From contig CAWBOS010000010.1 of the NCBI GenBank assembly GCA_963790475.1, forward strand, positions 256,001 to 320,000: a stretch of 64,000 nt of DNA, given 5' to 3'. The notes below the pieces were generated by a model. The model was not told the DNA's origin, did not search any database, and saw only the letters and a list, made by a program, of their open reading frames with translations. Shown piece by piece: positions 29,934 through 39,071 of this stretch. The stretch's first letter is position 1; the number at the start of each line of letters is the position of its first letter. Origin of the DNA: an uncultured delta proteobacterium. Lineage in GTDB: Bacteria; Desulfobacterota; RBG-13-43-22. A program made the translations under genes and the position numbers.

Positions 29934-31418
29934 ATGAAGATTAAAGCATTAATTCCTATGCCTTTAAGAAACTTTTATGAACTATATAAATACGGTTCGG
30001 TCCGCTTAGAAAGGGAATCTTGCGTCGCTTTTGAAAAATATGATGCAAATGGATATCCGGAGGTGGATCACACACAATTTGTGGAAAAAATTCCTTTCTT
30101 TGACTCAGATGATCAGGGGATCATCCTTGAGGGTGCGATTGACAAGAATACCTTTGAAAGTGTCAATTTTGATATCAGCGGTATTATCCAAGGTAGTTCT
30201 ATAAAGCTAAAGGGTCTTACTGTTGTTCCAGTTCCTCTGTTACTGCATATCGGAGATGTTATAAAAATTTATCCTCTGTCCGAAAATGCTTTACGCTCTC
30301 TCCCTGGGAAAATTGGCGATAATATTGCCCTGGAAAAGCCCGTTTTCCAGAATCTTTTTGAACAAGCAGTAGTAGGATGGGAAGAAATCATTCGGTCGCA
30401 AGGTGCCCAGGCGCTTTTTGAAATGAGTGGTTTAGATATGCCGCAAGACCGGAAACTTCTCGATAGTTTCCTTGATCAGGCCGAGAAGTACAAATTGACT
30501 AATCAAAAGCCTGACAAGGAAGGGCGTTTCCTCCTTCATGCTCTGGTTTATGAACGACGAGAACCATTTCCAAAATCCGACATCGGTATCCTGTTTGATC
30601 TGTGTAAGATTCTTGCCGATAAATCAGAGATGCCCAATTACAGGAAAACAAATTTTTTCGATAAGTTGGATAAAATAAAATCAAAATTTGACCATACCGG
30701 CATACTAGGGGTTCTACAGTATTTTGAAAGCGAACCTCATTATGAAAAAGTGCGAAAAATGACAACCCATGCTGAATGTCAGCATAAGGATTATATTACA
30801 GCAGCACTATTCACAAAATATAAGGAATTGCTGCGTGACGACAAGTACAAATCCGTTGAAATGATAAATGAGATACAAAAATTGTTTAATATTTTTCCAG
30901 AAGAAACCAAGACAGCCTTATATCTCATCGGTGCCTTCTTTTCTTATAAACGATTTTACAACGACTTGTATATATCAAAGCGGCTCAAGATTCTTAAAGA
31001 GTCAAGGGTCACGACTGAATCCAGCACTACTCCGGAAGAAGTTCCTTTAGGTCCTCAGGGCGTGTCAACAATCGAAGTTGTTGTCCCTGCAGAATCAAAG
31101 ATTTCTACATTAAAAAATGGGGAGAAACCTCTTGATGAAGCAAAGTCAGGTAAAGAAACAGAACCTCTTCCATTTCAAGGAGTTTCTAATGAAAAACCCT
31201 CTGTTATCCCTATCCAGGACGACGACAACAGAGAATCAATTCAACCATTGCAGCCTATAATCGAAAAAACAGACCAAAAACAGCCATTAGATAATTTAAG
31301 TGACAGCCTACTGTTCGAAGGAAAACCCACAATAGCTCAGGATAAGGGAATGTCGAAGAAGGAAAAAGGACGGAAACCGAAGATAAGTAAAAAGCTCGGT
31401 GATGAGGCCAAAAAATAG
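29934..31418 (+). CDS. hypothetical protein with low-complexity charged C-terminal tail
   Basis: 494-aa ORF, AGGAGG RBS, 9 nt after the helicase stop; no recognisable motif. Confidence 0.75.
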   Translation: MKIKALIPMPLRNFYELYKYGSVRLERESCVAFEKYDANGYPEVDHTQFVEKIPFFDSDDQGIILEGAIDKNTFESVNFDISGIIQGSSIKLKGLTVVPVPLLLHIGDVIKIYPLSENALRSLPGKIGDNIALEKPVFQNLFEQAVVGWEEIIRSQGAQALFEMSGLDMPQDRKLLDSFLDQAEKYKLTNQKPDKEGRFLLHALVYERREPFPKSDIGILFDLCKILADKSEMPNYRKTNFFDKLDKIKSKFDHTGILGVLQYFESEPHYEKVRKMTTHAECQHKDYITAALFTKYKELLRDDKYKSVEMINEIQKLFNIFPEETKTALYLIGAFFSYKRFYNDLYISKRLKILKESRVTTESSTTPEEVPLGPQGVSTIEVVVPAESKISTLKNGEKPLDEAKSGKETEPLPFQGVSNEKPSVIPIQDDDNRESIQPLQPIIEKTDQKQPLDNLSDSLLFEGKPTIAQDKGMSKKEKGRKPKISKKLGDEAKK

Positions 31419-31531
31419 GATGCAGATGGAGGTCAAAACAGGCCTACATATTGACTTGAGAAAAATAGGGACGGCTGTTAATGCTCAGTAATTAGGTAAC
31501 TCTTTTGGGGAAGAAAGGATAGAGAGGGCCT

Positions 31532-32932
31532 ATGAAAATTACGATTATTTTCCCTGCTCGTGAGTTTGAAGTCGGACGGGCGATGATTCCGGTCATGCCC
31601 CTGGCGCCGACCCTCCTGGCAGCCCTGACCCCTCAGGGGCACGAAGTCACCCTGGTGGATATGGTCTATGAGGACCAGGTGAATTTTGAAGCGCCCTGTG
31701 ACCTGGCGGCCATTACCGTCAGGACTCCTTTGGCCGTGAAGGCCTACGAAATGGCCGACCGTTTCCGAGCCCAGGGCACAGCGGTGGTTCTGGGCGGGCC
31801 TCATGTTTTTGCTTTCCCCTCAGAGGCCAAAGGTCATGCCTCTGCCGTGGCTATCGGCGAGGCCGAGGAGCTCTGGCCCCGGATCCTGGAGGATCAGCAA
31901 AAGGGAACGCTACAGGATTTCTATGTCTCCGGCCCCTACAAACTTGAATCCCTTAACGGCAGTGTGCATCATGTTCCACTGCGCCCCGACCTTTCCAGGG
32001 TCCCCATGATGCGCCGGGACCTTTTGCCGCGGAAAAGATACCTGATGGACTCCATCTTCACTACCCGAGGTTGTCCGAATTTCTGCCGCTTCTGCCCGGT
32101 TACACCCATATTCGGCCCCCAGATCCGTCACCGCCCCATAGACCAGGTTGTGGCGGAGGTGGAGACCCTGCGAAAATATTATTTCAACGTGGACGACAGC
32201 GTTTTCGGCCATCCTCAACTGGTGGAACGGCCCGAAGAAAACCGCTACTATCTGGATCTTTACGGCGAACTGGCCCGGTTGAAAACCAAGAGACTGTGGA
32301 GCGGGGCCGGTGGTCTTTCGGCGATAAATTACAAGGACGGCCGGAGGATTATCGAATTGGCGGTCGAAAGCGGTTTGTGCTCCATCGCCGCTGGCCTGGA
32401 GTCGCTGACCTGTCCGGGTCAAAAACAGTCCGGCGCCTGGCGCAAGCTTCATTTCACCTCACCCGATGTCTTTGATGAGCGCACCTTGAAAGAGGATATC
32501 CGGACCTTTCAGGGGCTGGGAATAGAGATTATGGCTTTCTTCGTGGTCGGTTGGGATGAAGACACCCTGGAAACCTATCAACGTACCCTCGATTTTTGTG
32601 ATGAAATGAAAATTATGCCGATGATCCTGACCTTGGCCCCTATGCCGGGAAGCCCGATCTATGAGGAGTATTTGGCCCAAGGCCGGATCCTCACCGAACT
32701 CCCCTGGGACCGCTACGGCGGGGAAGCGGTTGTCTTCCGGCATCCCACCATGAGCCCCGAACAAATGCAGGATGAAAATAACCGGGTCATGCAGGAAGGG
32801 TTTACTTGGGGAAGGATCTTATCCCGGACCTGGCATACCTTCAGACACCGTCCTGCCCTGGGGGTGGGGATGAATTCATTTTTTACCCAGTTGGGCATGA
32901 AGAAGGCATTCAAATACCGTTTGGGGAAATAG
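31532..32932 (+). CDS. B12-binding radical SAM protein
   Basis: N-terminal cobalamin-binding region (VVLGGPH, GEAE) and TTRGCPNFCRFC (CxxxCxxC). Confidence 0.9.
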   Translation: MKITIIFPAREFEVGRAMIPVMPLAPTLLAALTPQGHEVTLVDMVYEDQVNFEAPCDLAAITVRTPLAVKAYEMADRFRAQGTAVVLGGPHVFAFPSEAKGHASAVAIGEAEELWPRILEDQQKGTLQDFYVSGPYKLESLNGSVHHVPLRPDLSRVPMMRRDLLPRKRYLMDSIFTTRGCPNFCRFCPVTPIFGPQIRHRPIDQVVAEVETLRKYYFNVDDSVFGHPQLVERPEENRYYLDLYGELARLKTKRLWSGAGGLSAINYKDGRRIIELAVESGLCSIAAGLESLTCPGQKQSGAWRKLHFTSPDVFDERTLKEDIRTFQGLGIEIMAFFVVGWDEDTLETYQRTLDFCDEMKIMPMILTLAPMPGSPIYEEYLAQGRILTELPWDRYGGEAVVFRHPTMSPEQMQDENNRVMQEGFTWGRILSRTWHTFRHRPALGVGMNSFFTQLGMKKAFKYRLGK

Positions 32933-33064
32933 AAAAACTCTTCGATCCTGATAAATAATCTGCCGATAATCCGGAAGGCTGCTGTTCAGTTTTATAATAA
33001 TTCACTTGCGTCCTAATTGTAACCGGTTGACCTTAAGCTAATAACTCTCGGGTGGAGTTGATTG

Positions 33065-33093
33065 TTGCAAAAGCTAACTTTTTCCGTTACGAT
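33065..33093 (+). promoter_or_regulatory. sigma70-like promoter, copy 1 of a duplicated upstream region
   Basis: TTGCAA-17 nt-TACGAT; collinear with the copy at 33852-33880. Confidence 0.55.
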
Positions 33094-33158
33094 AAGTGCA
33101 AAAGTTATTGAAGCCAAAACGGATTTTCCATTTGAATAAATAAAGGTTAGGGGGGGGT

Positions 33159-33458
33159 ATGCCGAGAAAATTTACCGCAATCGTTCGCAGAAGCAAGCTG
33201 GAATACGTAGCCGTGTGTTTGGAATTGAATGTGGCCGCCAGGGGGGATAATCTCGCCGAGGTGGAGAGGAATCTCAAGGAAGCCATTGAGTTATATCTTT
33301 CTGATTTGAAGGATCATCAGGAAACAGTTGTTGAACCCATGGCCATTGAAGAGTTTATCGAATTTTTAAGGGATACGGAACCTGACTGGGTTAAAGAGCC
33401 AGAGAATGGTTTTATTCTGAAGCCGTTAGAGATCCACGAGGTCCCATCCTATGTCTAA
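33159..33458 (+). CDS. HicB-like antitoxin
   Basis: YVAVCLELNVAARGDNLAEVERNLKEAIELYL RNase-H-like HicB pattern. Confidence 0.8.
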   Translation: MPRKFTAIVRRSKLEYVAVCLELNVAARGDNLAEVERNLKEAIELYLSDLKDHQETVVEPMAIEEFIEFLRDTEPDWVKEPENGFILKPLEIHEVPSYV

Positions 33459-33702
33459 TTTCCCGGCCTTGTCCAGCAAGGAATTATTGAAGCTTCTTGA
33501 AAAAGGCGGGGCCGATTTTGTTCGCCAGGGATCAACCGATCATGCCATATATGCCAGGATAGTTGAGGAAATTGAAAAGTTGATTATTAAGAAATCTGGT
33601 TCGCTTTTGGTTTCCGAACCTCATGAACAATTCACGCCCTTGATAAAAATCAAAAGAGAAACTCAAAAACACAAGAAGTCGAATAAAACCGGGAGTAAGT
33701 AA
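33451..33702 (+). CDS. HicA-like toxin, probably truncated/chimeric
   Basis: FPALSSKELLKLLEKGG..FVRQGSTDHAIY HicA N-terminus; the C-terminal half does not continue the fold. Confidence 0.55.
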   Translation: MSNFPALSSKELLKLLEKGGADFVRQGSTDHAIYARIVEEIEKLIIKKSGSLLVSEPHEQFTPLIKIKRETQKHKKSNKTGSK

Positions 33703-33851
33703 TGGCCGTGAAACCTTCATAGATGGCAGTTTCCCCCCCAGAGAAGATCTGTTGGAATGAAATCCTCTGGATGCATCCTAGTCCCCCATTTCTTCTGTCC
33801 CCAATGGAACCAGTTGACCTTATTTCGTAACGTTAAGGACGGAAGTGATTG

Positions 33852-33880
33852 TTGCAAAAGGGAATGGTTTTCGTTACTAT
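33852..33880 (+). promoter_or_regulatory. sigma70-like promoter, copy 2, upstream of the selenoprotein pair
   Basis: TTGCAA-17 nt-TACTAT. Confidence 0.6.
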
Positions 33881-33948
33881 AAACAAAAAAAATTTATGAT
33901 CCGGAATAATTTTTCAGCGTTCGGGAAAAAATTCAAAACGAGGTGGGT

Positions 33949-34425
33949 ATGACTCCAGAAGAAATGCGATTAAGGGCCCGGGAACTTTTTCTAAAACGAT
34001 TTCATTGAAGCCAGGCGGTCCTGGCCGTGGGTCAGGAAAAGATGAATAGGGTGAACGAAGAAGTCATCAAGGCCGTGGGGGCCCTTGGCGGGGGGATCGC
34101 CAGCACCGGCCGGGTTTGCGGTGCCTTGCTGGGTGGAGTGGCCTTTATTTCCAGCCTGTACAGTCGGGGTAACTTGGAAGAGAAAGAAAATCCCAACATG
34201 TATCGGCTAAGCTATAAATTGTCCAAAAAATTCGAGGAATTCACCAGGGAATTTGGAAGCGTCAATTGCTCGGATATCGCCCGGGTGAATTGGGCCGACA
34301 GGGAACAAGTTAAAACATTTTATAATCACCCCGACAGTCGTCATCATTTCTGTATCAAGGTAGTTGAGGATACCGCTTTTGCCTTGGGAGAGATTTTGGA
34401 ACAAGCCGAGAGGGAAAATAAGTAG
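33949..34425 (+). CDS. C-GCAxxG-C-C family redox protein, probable selenoprotein (UGA at codon 20)
   Basis: GAGGTG RBS, ATG 33949, MTPEEMRLRARELFLKRFH-TGA(34006)-SQAVLAVGQE in frame; then VCGALLGG, NCSDI, FCIKVV; hairpin after the UGA. Confidence 0.85.
34019..34037 (+). promoter_or_regulatory. SECIS-like hairpin (copy 1)
   Basis: tcctggcc-gtg-ggtcagga starting 10 nt after the UGA; G-containing apical loop. Confidence 0.65.
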
Positions 34426-34480
34426 CCATTATGTTGTATAGATTTTCCAGTATCGAAAATAAAAGAAAAATGAGGTGGGT

Positions 34481-34957
34481 ATGACTCGAGAAGAAATGCG
34501 ACAAAGGGCCAGGGAATATTTTCAAAATCGTTTTCATTGAAGCCAGGCGGTCCTGGCCGTGGGTCAGGAAAAGATGAACATCCGGAATGAATCGCTGATC
34601 AAAGCCATGGGCGGTTTGGGGGGGGGTATAGCCGCCGACAGCCGTGGGATATGTGGGGCCTTGCTAGGGGGTGTGGCCTTTATCTCCAGCCTTTACGGCC
34701 GGGGTAATCCGGACGAGAAGGAACAATCCCGGTTGTGGCGTTTAAGGCAAAAGCTGGCCGAAAAATTTGAGGATCTTACCAAGGAATATGGAGGGATCTA
34801 TTGCTCTAATATCGCGCGGGTGAATTTTTTGGACCGAGAGCAGGTTAAGGCCTTTCGTAAAAATCCCGACAGCCGCCGGCAGCATTGTGTTCGAGTGGTG
34901 GAAGAAACAGCGGTTGCCTTGGGGGAGATTTTGGACGAAGCGGAAAGTAAAAGCTGA
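34481..34957 (+). CDS. second C-GCAxxG-C-C family probable selenoprotein (UGA at codon 20)
   Basis: GAGGTG RBS, ATG 34481, MTREEMRQRAREYFQNRFH-TGA(34538)-SQAVLAVGQE; ICGALLGG, YCSNI, HCVRVV. Confidence 0.85.
34551..34569 (+). promoter_or_regulatory. SECIS-like hairpin (copy 2)
   Basis: Identical tcctggcc-gtg-ggtcagga at the same distance from the UGA. Confidence 0.65.
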
Positions 34958-34963
34958 CCAGAC

Positions 34964-35450
34964 ATGTTGAATTTCAATCTAACTCCCGATCAATTGGAGC
35001 TTCGCCAAAAAGCCAGGACCTTTGCCCTCCAAGAGGTGCTTCCGGTCTCCTGGCAATATGATGAAAAGGACGCGACACCTCTCTTCCTATTGAAGAAGGC
35101 CTTTGAAGCCGGTCTGACGAACGGCGATATCCCTAAAGAATACGGTGGCCGGGGGGCCGGTCTGGTCGAGGCCGCCCTGGTCACCGAAGAGATTGCTGCC
35201 GCCCGTCCGGGAATCGCCACCTCCCTGTTTGATAATTCCCTGGGGCTGAGGCCCTTGATCCTTTCCCATAATGAGCCCCTTAAAGAAAAAATCCTTTCCA
35301 AGATCGCCTGAGAGTTCCAACTCATTTGCTTTGCCACATCCGAACCGACTACGGGATCGGATGTGGCCGCTATGCAATGCCGGGCCGCAAAAGAGGGAGA
35401 TGATTATATCCTCAACGGTACCAAATACTGGGTGACGAATGCCGGGCAGG
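34964..35450 (+). pseudogene. acyl-CoA dehydrogenase pseudogene (nonsense codon, then truncation)
   Basis: ACAD N-terminus; TGA at 35309; frame continues [25 protein letters not shown]...[12 protein letters not shown] then similarity stops. Confidence 0.85.
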
Positions 35451-35722
35451 GATTGGTAGCAAGAAAAAAGCAGTCAGGTGCTTTCAAAAAACCACGGTTC
35501 TCCTGGAGAAGTTTGGCTTTCAACCCTTAGTCGAAGCGCTCGACAATAAGGAATTTAATTGACTTTTTGATTGTGGAAGGATAAAAATTCCTATGTAATA
35601 TTAAGCTGTTTTATTGCTGCAACCCTTAAATTAAGAAGTGTCAATGGTATAAATAAAGACCCCATTTCTTAAAAGAGAGGTGCGGTTTTTTGTTTAACTC
35701 AACTACAAGGGGGGGTCCGGTT

Positions 35723-36088
35723 ATGAAAAAAATTTTTCTTGTCTTGGCTTTAGTCCTTTTGTCTTTAACACTTCTTTCCTGTGACAGCGGGGACTCATCG
35801 TCTGGTGGTGAGGGCAGTCATCAGATAACTTATCAAGTTACGGGGTCAGCCTCGGCTGTTTTTATCACCTTATTAACTCCAGGCGCCGTGACGGCTCAAT
35901 TTTCGGGAGTTACTCCTCCATGGAGCGTAAATTATACTTTAACGTCGGGGTTTTTTCTCTATATCAGCGCGCAAAATCAAACCAGTTCAGGGTCCGTTAC
36001 TGTAAGTATTTATGAGGATGGCAATTTGTTAAAGCAATCATCATCAAGCGGCGCCTTTGTGACGGCCACCGCTTCGGGTACGTTGTGA
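35723..36088 (+). CDS. lipoprotein with MmpS-like beta domain
   Basis: MKK + hydrophobic stretch + LLSC lipobox; ITYQVTG..PWS..SAQ..GSVTVSI.EDG pattern. Confidence 0.65.
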   Translation: MKKIFLVLALVLLSLTLLSCDSGDSSSGGEGSHQITYQVTGSASAVFITLLTPGAVTAQFSGVTPPWSVNYTLTSGFFLYISAQNQTSSGSVTVSIYEDGNLLKQSSSSGAFVTATASGTL

Positions 36089-36166
36089 AAGACATACGGG
36101 GGGATAGGCCGACGGGGTGAAAACGGGAACCCTCACCCGCTTCCCCCAAAAGAATAATGAGGCGCC

Positions 36167-36592
36167 TTGAGAGGGAAGGGCGAAATGCCAAGAATGAAAC
36201 CAGTTGAAGTGGACCCCAAAATAATTTCCTCAAGTAAAGGAAAGAAAATATTCAAACAATCAAAAAAGCGGTTAGACGAATACCAAATTGAGCGAGTTAA
36301 GAATTCCTTCAGGAATAAGAAAGGCGGACCTTGGCCGGATTTTGCTTTCAATTTTATAATCTATTTTCTTGTTGAATATGCGAAGGAAAATTCAAGAAAA
36401 CCGCATTATGGCTTAATAGCAAGTTTTCTTTCTGAGAAAGGTGTTGTTGATGGGGTAAACATTGAGAAACGATATAAAGGTATAGACCGGAACAAATTAT
36501 GGGTTCTTTATAATCGACTACGTATTTTTGAGCAAGAATACTTTGACAGATTATTTCAATACGGTGAACTTTCCCCACTTCTTGAAAAATGA
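36167..36592 (+). CDS. hypothetical protein
   Basis: AT-rich 141-aa ORF within the mobile remnant; no motif recognised. Confidence 0.5.
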   Translation: MRGKGEMPRMKPVEVDPKIISSSKGKKIFKQSKKRLDEYQIERVKNSFRNKKGGPWPDFAFNFIIYFLVEYAKENSRKPHYGLIASFLSEKGVVDGVNIEKRYKGIDRNKLWVLYNRLRIFEQEYFDRLFQYGELSPLLEK

Positions 36593-36786
36593 TTTCCGAA
36601 ACGAATGTCAGCCCCAGTTTGTTGATTTTTATCATCCTTCCTGGAAAAAGCGGAAACTTCCCAAATAGATAATATCCCCCGTGCCCACCAAAAAAATACC
36701 CCCAAAATCTCAGGTTAGGCCGTGCTCTTTGTCTATCCTTCGGTTATCCTGAATTGATAATTTAGGATAAATTAGGAAGATTTCAG

Positions 36787-36996
36787 ATGGAAAATATTGA
36801 AAGGTTATTTAAGGAACTCCCCCCTGTTGTTTTCAGAAATAACCCCCGTTTTAGGGAATATTTTGGGGTTTCCCCCCGAACTATCTTGAACCTTGAAAAT
36901 CTTGGGCGAGGGCCGGAAAGGGTAAAGATAGGGGGTTTAGTAGGGTATCCAAGGGAGGGGTTGATTAAATGGATGTCTGGGCGGACTTCTTTCTGA
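36787..36996 (+). CDS. AlpA/excisionase-like small DNA-binding protein
   Basis: GVSPRTILNLENLGRGPERVKIGGLVGYPREGLIKW winged-helix pattern; upstream of primase. Confidence 0.7.
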   Translation: MENIERLFKELPPVVFRNNPRFREYFGVSPRTILNLENLGRGPERVKIGGLVGYPREGLIKWMSGRTSF

Positions 36997-37029
36997 GGTT
37001 AGGCTGAGGAAATCAAGGGTGAACCAATA

Positions 37030-38748
37030 TTCCGTCAAGGTGGACCACTGCTTTCACCGCCTACACATACTATCTTCACCATAACAATGGAGATGGGATT
37101 CAGGGAATAGGCTTTGTTGTATCGGCTGCTGATTCGTATGTCGGTATCGATTTGGACCATTGCCGAGATCCTGAAACCGGGGAAATCCAGTGGCGGACGG
37201 AAGATATTATTAAAAGGCTAAATAGTTATAGGGAGATTAGCCCTTCCAGAGCCGGGGTTCGAATATCTGTTAAGGGAAAAATGCCCGGTCCTGCAAAGAA
37301 AAAAGGAGACTTTGAGATGTATGAACAGGGGCGTTTTCTAACCTGTACGGGAGATCATATTGAGGGAACGTCACTTGTGATTGAACATCGGCAAGACGAA
37401 ATTAACGAGATTCACAGACAGATTTTCGGCAAAGAAAAAAATCAAGAACCTACCCCCACACCGATTCGTCCGAGCCTATCTCTTAGTGATGATGAAATCA
37501 TAACAAGGGCCAGGAACGCAAAGAACGGCGACACTATTTAATCAATTATATGGGGGAGACCATAGTGGTTATCCTTCACATTCGGAGGCCGACCTTGCCT
37601 TGATATCCCTGCTTGGGTTCTATGTTCAGGACCCCAACATACTGGACCGCCTTTTTCAGCCTTTTTCGTTCAAGTGGTTTGATAAGGGATAAGTGGGATC
37701 GATCTGCTGGGCAAGGGAAAACTTACGGACAAGCCGACATTGAAAAAGTACTGTCAGGGGTTCGAGAAACCTATCGGGGGTCTCGTATTCAGGTTGAACC
37801 AGGGACACCCCAAAAGGAGCCGGAGCCCATATCAACATCCAGTGGGGGTCTTGAGTTTCCATCGGAGAGTATGAGTGGTGTGGCCGGAGAGTTTGCAAAA
37901 ATTTATTCATCTGTTTTAGAAGTTCCAGTTCATTTCTTTTTTATGTCCTTTTTGTCCTGCCTGGGTGCCATCTTATCAGACCGAATAAGGCTTAACACCG
38001 AACTCGATACACAACCGCGCCTTTATGCAATTCCCTTGGGGGAAAGTGGCGATGACCGTAAATCCACGGCCATAAGTAAAACGATTTCATTCTTCCAAGA
38101 TGTCTTGTCGGACTCCCCTGTTTGTTGGGGGAGTAGGTAGTGCCGAGGGGCTACAAAAGCGGATGGGTGAAGGTGATATTCCGGGTGGGACAAAAAAACC
38201 GCTTCTCTGTTTTGACGAGTTTAAATCCTTTGTCTCCAAGTGAAAAATTGAAGCAAGTGTTCTTCCCCTTTGTATCAATACCCTCTTTGAATCAAACCGA
38301 TATGAGAGCCAAACGAAGAAAACGGATATCCGGCATGAAAATGCACACCTGTCTATTTTGGCCGCCAGCACCATTCAGACCTGTGAACGGACATGGGATT
38401 CCTCTTTCTCGGATATTGGTTTTAATAACCGGTTATTTCTTGTTCCCGGAAGCGGTCAGAAAAATATTCCTTCCCCGAAAGAATAGAAGAGAGCGAAAAA
38501 TCCAGGCTAAAGAATCGGCTCGTTTCCCTTTTAAGGCAATTCAACGAACACCCTGAGCTTGATATTACCCCAGAAGCAAGGGTGCTTTATGATACCTGGT
38601 ACATGGATTTAGAGCGCTCCATCCATTCTAAACGGTTAGACACCCATGCCATTAGGTTTATGTCTATCTTTGCTGTGAATGAGGGAAAGAAAGGAATTGA
38701 CGAGAATGTGATTCAAAAAGTCATTCATTTAATGGATTGGCTGATTTG
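37030..38748 (+). pseudogene. degraded primase-polymerase (NrS-1/PrimPol-like) fused to DUF3987-like helicase region
   Basis: GIDLDHC, EISPS..G, EMY..GRFLT.TG, YPSHSEADLAL, GESGDDRKST, SAEGL, FDEF spread over several frames with stops. Confidence 0.75.
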
Positions 38749-38795
38749 ACATAAAAAAAAGAGTTAACTTTTTTTGCTAACCCTTTGTTTTATCG

Positions 38796-38870
38796 TGGTA
38801 GGCGGTACTGGATTTGAACCAGTGACTTCCACCGTGTGAGGATGGCACTCTACCGCTGAGTTAACCGCCC
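38796..38870 (-). tRNA. tRNA-Val(CAC)
   Basis: Reverse complement GGGCGGTTAACTCAGCGGTAGAGTGCCATCCTCACACGGTGGAAGTCACTGGTTCAAATCCAGTACCGCCTACCA: cloverleaf, anticodon CAC, encoded CCA. Confidence 0.96.
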
Positions 38871-39071
38871 GAAACTATTATTCTCATTATTAATCAATAT
38901 TGAAATTTTTTTCAAGAGGAAAATTCAGTTGAGGGAAACACTGTTGAGCCGGCCAACTTTTCCCTTGACAACTTGAAGGGTTATTTTATAAGCAAGAAGA
39001 AATTCATTAAGGAATAAGCCAGAATCGGCTGAAGGAAGAAAAGTGAAAAAGGCCTATCCGGGATCATAAGA

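Noticed and set aside
34411-34439. dif-like string agggaaaataa-gtagcca-ttatgttgtat between the selenoprotein genes
   Set aside because: 7-nt spacer, two mismatches in the XerD arm, overlaps coding sequence; likely chance
35309-35311. In-frame TGA in the acyl-CoA dehydrogenase as possible selenocysteine
   Set aside because: Not a conserved Cys position, no clear downstream hairpin, and the gene is truncated shortly after; a nonsense mutation is simpler
38241-38243. In-frame TGA in the DUF3987-like region as possible recoding
   Set aside because: The surrounding gene has several independent frameshifts, so it is a pseudogene
35449-38740. GGATTGG at both ends of the satellite remnant as att sites
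   Set aside because: Only 7 bp and unrelated to the tRNA 3' end; not significant
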